Assembly (NCBI RefSeq): GCF_009914755.1
Contig: NC_060925.1
Strand: one strand, 5' to 3'
From: the human T2T-CHM13v2.0 reference genome, Homo sapiens
Length of the DNA: 64,000 nucleotides
Positions 58,251 through 64,000 of this stretch are shown piece by piece. The notes below the pieces were generated by a model that had not been told where the DNA came from, searched no databases, and saw nothing but the letters and a program-made list of their open reading frames with translations. Positions within the stretch are counted from its first letter, which is position 1, and every line of letters starts with the position of its first letter. The position numbers and the translations under genes were made by a program.

Positions 58251-60892
58251 AGTCACTCACGGGTGTGGCTCTTTTTTGCTGACATTCTGGGCTCTGGGGC
58301 TGCCGCCTGAGTACAATGTAGTCCTGAGCTCCGGAGTCCAGTGCCACAAAAGTAAGGAGCAGTTGTGATCTCGGACGTGGGCTCCGGGGCAGCCCTGACC
58401 TCATGGGGGGCTGCAGACTAGGAAGGTCCTGGGACGGGGGGGCTGTTCACCAGGAAGGGGCAGGGCTGCAGCCTCAGCCTCCCCTCCAGATGCCGGCAGC
58501 ACCAGCCTCTGCCTGCATGGGGCCGCGAGGTTTGCAGTGACATCCCCCGAGCTTCCTGACCTGCCCCGGACACGGAGCACGGCTCCCAGGGGCCGCACAG
58601 GCACCCGCTGGCCTCTCGGCCCCTCCCTGTGCACCACCCCCTCCTCCCCCCGACCCCCATCCCTCTACTGAGTGTCTCAATTCCAGTGTTATGGACCTGG
58701 GACGCCACAGTGCGGGGAACAGCTTCTGCCCTCTGGGAGATAAGAACCCGTCGTCAGGCAGCTGGGCTGCTGAAACAGTGACCATAAGCTGGGCGGGCAG
58801 GCGCTCCTTCCCTCAGCTCTGGAGGCTGGAAGTCCGAGATCCTGGCCGTGGAGGCTGGGAGGGGTGGAGTGGACGGGGCTGCTGACAGCCTCGGGGGCGT
58901 GTGGAGAAGGAGGGAGCCCCAGTGGCCCCAGGCCCTGCCACTTGGGGGAGAATTCCAGCCCCTCTGTGTCCCTGGGACCCCACAGCCCCTGGCCAGTGGC
59001 CATTCCCGGCTTCGAGCACAGTGGCCTCAAGCCACCATCGTGGGTGTTACCGTGGAAACAGTGAGGGAGGTTTGTGTGGGGCCAGATTCCTCCTCTGGGC
59101 ACTGACCTGCTCTCCCCACTCCAGGTGGTTTCACCCCAACATCAGCAGGGTGGAGGCGGAGAAGCTGTTCCTATCCAGAGGTCAGCGTGGGGACTTCCTT
59201 GCCAGGCCCAGTGAGAGCAGCCCGGGGGGCTTCACGCTGTCCGTCAGCTGGGTGGGCCCTGGCTGGGCATGGACAGGGTCTGGTTGAAGGCCTCCTGGAG
59301 GACCGGTGGGCAGCTTCCTGGACACGAGGACTTGGTGCGGGGGGCCGATGCCCTGGGAAGGTGGTGAGAGTTGGACGTGGTGCTGGGCGGTCTCTGGGCA
59401 GGAAGGAACTATTTAGAGAGGCCCTTGGGGAGGGCTCATTGAGTCAGGGGCTCAGCAGGACCCTTTCCTCCCCTGTGAGGGCCCTGGGGACAGGCAGGGC
59501 CTCCGTGGCTGCGACCGTGTTGCCAGAGCCTGGGGGTGCAGCTGGGGAGTGCAGCGGGGTTCCCATTGAGCTCTGGTACCCGCTGGGCTGCCAGGACCCC
59601 GCGTTGGAGTGGTGAGCCCTGGCCCAGCATCCGCGTGTCAGCACACGTGTGTACGTGTGCATGTGTGTGTTCGCGTGTCCATGTGTGTTCATGTGTGTGC
59701 GTGTGCATGTGTGTGTGTGTGTGTGCGTGTGCCTGCATCCTGAGGGACGGCGTCTGCTAAGCACTGGTTCAGGGCACAGGGTCCTGCACCTGCCTCCCTC
59801 AGGCCTCCTTCCTTCAGGTCTCAGGCACTGGAGTCCAGGGTGACTCAGGGAAGCCGGTGCCTCCCCTGGCCCCATCCCTGCCCTCCTGGCTGGTACCCTG
59901 GGCTGAGCTGGTTCCTCCAGCCTCAGTTTCCCCACTGCAGCGGGCTGCATCTGCAGAGAAGGAGACCTGGTCTGGGGAGGCCCCTGGCCCCTCCTTGCTG
60001 AGGACCAGGCCGCCACCTGGTGGCCGCCCGCCCCTGCAGCGCCCGCCTGCCTCCTGCCGGCTCCTGGGTGGGGCGAGGGCCAGAAAGGCGAGCAGAGCAG
60101 CTCTGGGGCCCGGGTGGTGGTGCTGCCTGGACCCCCAAGGTCTGCGTATGTCTCGCTAAGCCTTCTGCCCTATCCGTGTGGGTCTCTCCCCCTCACCTGG
60201 CCAGGCCGTGGCCTCCAGCCTCACCTGTGCTCGCCTGTGCCTGGCCCAGGTGGTACCACGGGCGCCTGTCTGGCAAGGAGGCTGAGAAGCTGCTGCTGCA
60301 GAAGGGGCATCCGGGCAGCTTCCTGGTGCACATGAGTCAGAGCGATCCTGGGGGCTTCCCGCTGTCAGCGCTGACGCAAGGGTGGGACGAGGCGCAGGGC
60401 TCAGGCCGCCAGCCACAGGTCACGCACATCATGACTCACTCCCAGGTGGGAGGGGGCGGCGAGCTGGGGCGGCCTCTGGGAAGGGCGGGCGGCCTTGGCC
60501 AGGCCCCTCACCGCCACCCCCACGGCCGGATGAGAAGTGGGAGACGGGGAGCGTTTTGACACCCTCGGAGACCCGGTGTAGCAGGAAGAGCCCATTGATG
60601 GGGAAGGTGGGGGCGGTTGTGCACCTCAAGCAGGTAAAAGCCCCTCCACAGGCACCAGGGCCGTGGGCACAGCCTCACCCAGGAAAGCAGCTGGGGGTCC
60701 ACTGGGCTCAGGGAAGACCCCCTGCCAGGGAGACCCCAGGCGCCTGAATGGCCACGGGAAGGAAAACCTACCAGCCCCTCCGTGTGTCCTCCTGGCACAT
60801 GGCGACCTCCATGACCCGATGAGGGTGCGGGGCCCGGGGCAGGGTGGCCAGGTGCGGGGGTGCGGGGCCCGGGGCAGCTGCCCTCGGTGGGA

Positions 60893-61337
60893 GGGGTGTG
60901 GTGTGGTCTGCGGGGCCCTGGGGGGGTGTGGTGGGGTCTGCGGGGCCCTGGGGGGGTGTGGTGTGGTCTGCGGGGCCCTGGGGGGGTGTGGTGGGGTCTG
61001 CGGGGCCCTGGGGGGGTGTGGTGGGGTCTGCGGGGCCCTGGGGGGGTGTGGTGGGGTCTGCGGGGCCCTGGGGGGGTGTGGTGGGGTCTGCGGGGCCCTG
61101 GGGGGGGTGTGGTGGGGTCTGCGGGGCCCTGGGGGGGTGTGGTGGGGTCTGCGGGGCCCTGGGGGGGGTGGGGTCTGCAGGGCCCTGGGGGTGTTGTGGT
61201 GGGGTCTGCGGGGCCCTGGGGGGGTGTGGTGGGGTCTGCGGGGCCCTGGGGGGGTGTGGTGGGGTCTGCGGTGCCCTGGGGGGGTGTGGTGGGGTCTGCG
61301 GGGCCCTGGGGGGGTGTGGTGGGGTCTGGGGGGCCCT
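60893..61337. repeat. 30-bp G-rich VNTR, ~14-15 copies
   Basis: Unit GTGGGGTCTGCGGGGCCCTGGGGGGGTGTG. Confidence 0.95.
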
Positions 61338-61559
61338 AAGCTTAGATGCAGGTCTCTCCCTGGCAGCCCCTCAAGGCCACGAGGATCAGTGCTCGGAGCC
61401 TGGAGGGCTGTGTGCAGGAGTAGCAGGGCCACTGATGCCAGCGGGAAGGCCAGGCAGGGCTTCTGGGTGGAGTTCAAGGTGCATCCTGACCGCTGTCACC
61501 TTCAGACTCTGTCCCCTGGGGCTGGGGCAAGTGCCCGATGGGAGTGCAGGGTCTGGGAC

Positions 61560-62509
61560 TGTAGGGTCCAGCCCTACGGAGCTTAGCAGGTGTTCTCCCC
61601 GTGTGTGGAGATGAGAGATTGTAATAAATAAAGACACAAGACAAAGAGATAAAGAGAAAACAGCTGGGCCCCGGGGACCACTACCACAAAGACACGGAGA
61701 CCGGTAGTGGCCCTGAACGGCTGGGCTCGCTGATATTTATTGCATACAAGACAAGGGGGCAGGATAAGGAGGGTCAGTCTTCTAAGTGATTGACAAGGTG
61801 AAGCAAGTCACCTGATCACAGGACAGCGGGCCCTTCCCTCTTAGGTAGCTGAAGCAGAGAGAGAAGGCGGCAGGCATCAGCGTTTTCTTCTATGAACTTA
61901 TAAGATCAAAGACTTTAAGACTTTCACTATTTCTTCTACCGCTATCTACTACGAACTTCAAAGAGGAACCAGGAGTACGGAAGGAGCATGAAAGTGGACA
62001 AGGAACGTGACCATTGAAGCACCACAGGGAGGGGTTCAGGCCTCCGGATGACTGCAGGCAGGCCTGGGTAACATCCAGCCTCCCACAAGAAGCTGGTGGA
62101 GCAGAGCGTTCCCTGACTCCTCCAAGGAAAGGAGACTCCCTTTCCCGGTCTGCTCAGTAACGGGTGCCTTCCCAGACACTGGCGTTACCGCTTGACCAAG
62201 GGGCCCTCAAGCGGCCCTTATGCGGGCATGACAGAAGGCTCCCCTCTTGCCTTCTATTCACTTCTCACAATGTCCCTTCAGCACCTGACCCTATACCTGC
62301 CGGTTATTCCTAGGTTATATTATTAATGCAACAGAGTAATATTAAAAGCTAATGATTAATAATGTTTATAATAATGATGGATAATTGTTCATGATCATCG
62401 CTGTATCTAATTTGTATTATGACTATTCTTATTCTATTTTCTTTATTATACTGAAACAGTTTGTGCCTTCAGTCTCTTGCCTCGGCACCTAGGTACTCTT
62501 CCGCCCACA
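61560..62509 (-). mobile_element. solo ERVK-class LTR (LTR13-like) with 6-bp TSD
   Basis: Minus-strand termini TGTGGGCGGAAGAGTACCTAGGTGCCGAGGCAAGAGACTGAAGGCAC...GGACCCTACA; flanks TGGGAC (61554-61559) and CGGGAC (62510-62515); AT-rich U3-like block. Confidence 0.85.
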
Positions 62510-63345
62510 CGGGACGGGCTGGGGGTGGCCATCTCGGGCTCTGGGAAGGGGCCGGGGCTGTGAGCTGAAGGCTCCATCACCTCCAGATGCTGCAGCAGCA
62601 GGAATGCCGGTTCCTGTACCCTCGGAAGGAGGGGCAGAGTGTGGAGAACAAGCCCAAGAATCACTACAAGAACATCCTTCCCTGTGAGGGCGGAGGCCAG
62701 GGCGTCACCCGTCGGGCCTGGGGGAGGTGGGGGGCAGGCCGAGCATCTGCCACCGCTGACCTGAGGCTCCCCCTTGCATACCCTGGACCCTCCATCTCTG
62801 CTCACCACAGGGTCTGCGGGCAAAGAGGCAGGGTGAGGCCCACGAGCTGTGCCCTGGAGAACTGAGCGGCACCTCCCTTCCCAGTTGATGCTACCCTTGA
62901 GTCATCCTGCTCAACGAGGATGACAGCGGGCCCGGAGCCGACTACATCAGGGTGGGTGTGTGCGGGAGGCGGGGCCTGGGCCCATTGCTCCTGGGGGGCT
63001 CAGGAAGAACCAGGGTCCCCAAGGGAGGGGTGGGCGGCAGTCTCCAAGGGGTCCTCAGAGAGGCTGGATGGGCATTGGTCCTCAGCCCCTTGCTGGCCTG
63101 GAGTGAGGAGTGTGTTTAAGCCACCAGGGCTCTTTGCATAATATTTGTGTGTCGTTTGCATATCATTTGCATAGCATTTGCATGGACTTGTTTGTCCTCT
63201 GTTAACAGCAGCAGTTGGCCTCATTCCCTTTCAGACTGACCCTGAGGAGGAGCCGGGCCATGGCAGGGGCAGGGTGGACATCCCTTGTGGCCCTGCCCCG
63301 CCGCACCTGCACCTGCACAGCCCGCGTGGGCCCGCCCCGCCGCAG

Positions 63346-63510
63346 CTGAAGTGCACCACCATGGGCCCGGCCCGCGGCTCGCGGCTCGCGGCTCTGGGCC
63401 CGGTTCACCTCGTCCCGGAAGCCGAGGACGCCGGCGGGATCGGTCCGGACGCCGTAGTCCGGCCAGCCGAAGTACTGGAAGTGCTGCACCGTACGCTGTG
63501 GCTCCTCCCC
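63346..63510 (-). pseudogene. inverted copy of the PTP WPD-loop/P-loop exon embedded in the preceding pseudo-exon
   Basis: Minus strand reads [39 protein letters not shown], then after a frameshift AGPMVVHFS, matching the PTPN11 exon [20 protein letters not shown]...AGPVVVHCS. Confidence 0.88.
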
Positions 63511-64000
63511 GCGGGGCAGGGCCTCGCGGGCGCAGGGTGTACATCGCCTGCAGGGCTGTCTGCAGGGCTGTCTGCAGGCCACGGTGGCTGCTTTCTGGGC
63601 CACGGTGCACCAGGAGAACACGCGTGTCATCGTCATGACCACCAGGGAGATGGAGCGGGGCCGGGTAGGGGTGCGGTGCCAGTGCTCTCAGTGCCCATCC
63701 CACCCCGTGCATCTTCGGCTGCCCAAGGCCCTTCCCGACCAGGCCAAGGAGGCTGTGGGACGCCGTGGGAGTGGGGAGGCTCCCACAGAGCCCCGTGGCT
63801 GCACGTACACACCTGCGTCTCTGCAGGTCGCAGGGGCGGGGTGCCGAGGTGCTGCCAGCAAGGCTGATGCAAAGCGCTCCCCTCGGAACAAGTGTTTCCG
63901 GGACTGGCCAGAGCTGCCCGGCAGCCAAGAGTTCGGCCGTGTGCACATGCGCGTCCTCGGCAAGGGCCAGGCCCAGGGCTACTGCGTGCGGGAGCTGCAG

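Noticed and set aside
60626-61614. Gly/Cys- or Pro/His-rich ORFs resembling keratin-associated or extensin proteins
   Set aside because: Translations of the 30-bp G-rich VNTR.
59125-64000. Interpretation as a functional PTPN11/PTPN6 gene or as a processed PTPN11 pseudogene
   Set aside because: Frameshifts, stops and dead splice sites exclude a functional gene; retained introns exclude a retrocopy.

Overview
Mammalian genomic DNA, recognisably the human 1p36.33 ISG15-AGRN locus (GC-rich, Alu-dense, spliceosomal introns; no prokaryotic features, tRNA/rRNA or CRISPR). In order: an Alu/L1-rich upstream region holding an RPL39 retrocopy (minus strand, GTG start, split in its 3'UTR by an AluYa5); ISG15 (2 exons, ISRE promoter); a solo LTR12 (ERV9) nested in an Alu; the complete AGRN gene (36 exons that I spliced by hand to a 6138-nt, 2045-aa CDS, plus the alternative SN/transmembrane first exon and the Y, Z8 and Z11 microexons); then, from a CpG island at about 55.2-56.0 kb to the window end, a decayed intron-containing PTPN11/SHP2-like gene (SH2-SH2-PTP). 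The most notable observations are: (1) this looks like a unitary pseudogene of a third SHP phosphatase paralogue; (2) its WPD/P-loop exon sits inverted inside another exon, flanked by a 14-nt duplication; (3) AGRN has an in-frame UG-rich cryptic exon in intron 12 and a candidate 34-nt poison exon with QKI motifs in intron 19; (4) there are RBFOX/TDP-43 motif arrays and splice-donor-duplicating tandem repeats in AGRN introns; (5) a CRE-GAS-octamer cluster lies ahead of the internal AGRN promoter. Repeat subfamily names and comparisons to reference proteins are from memory and were not computed.
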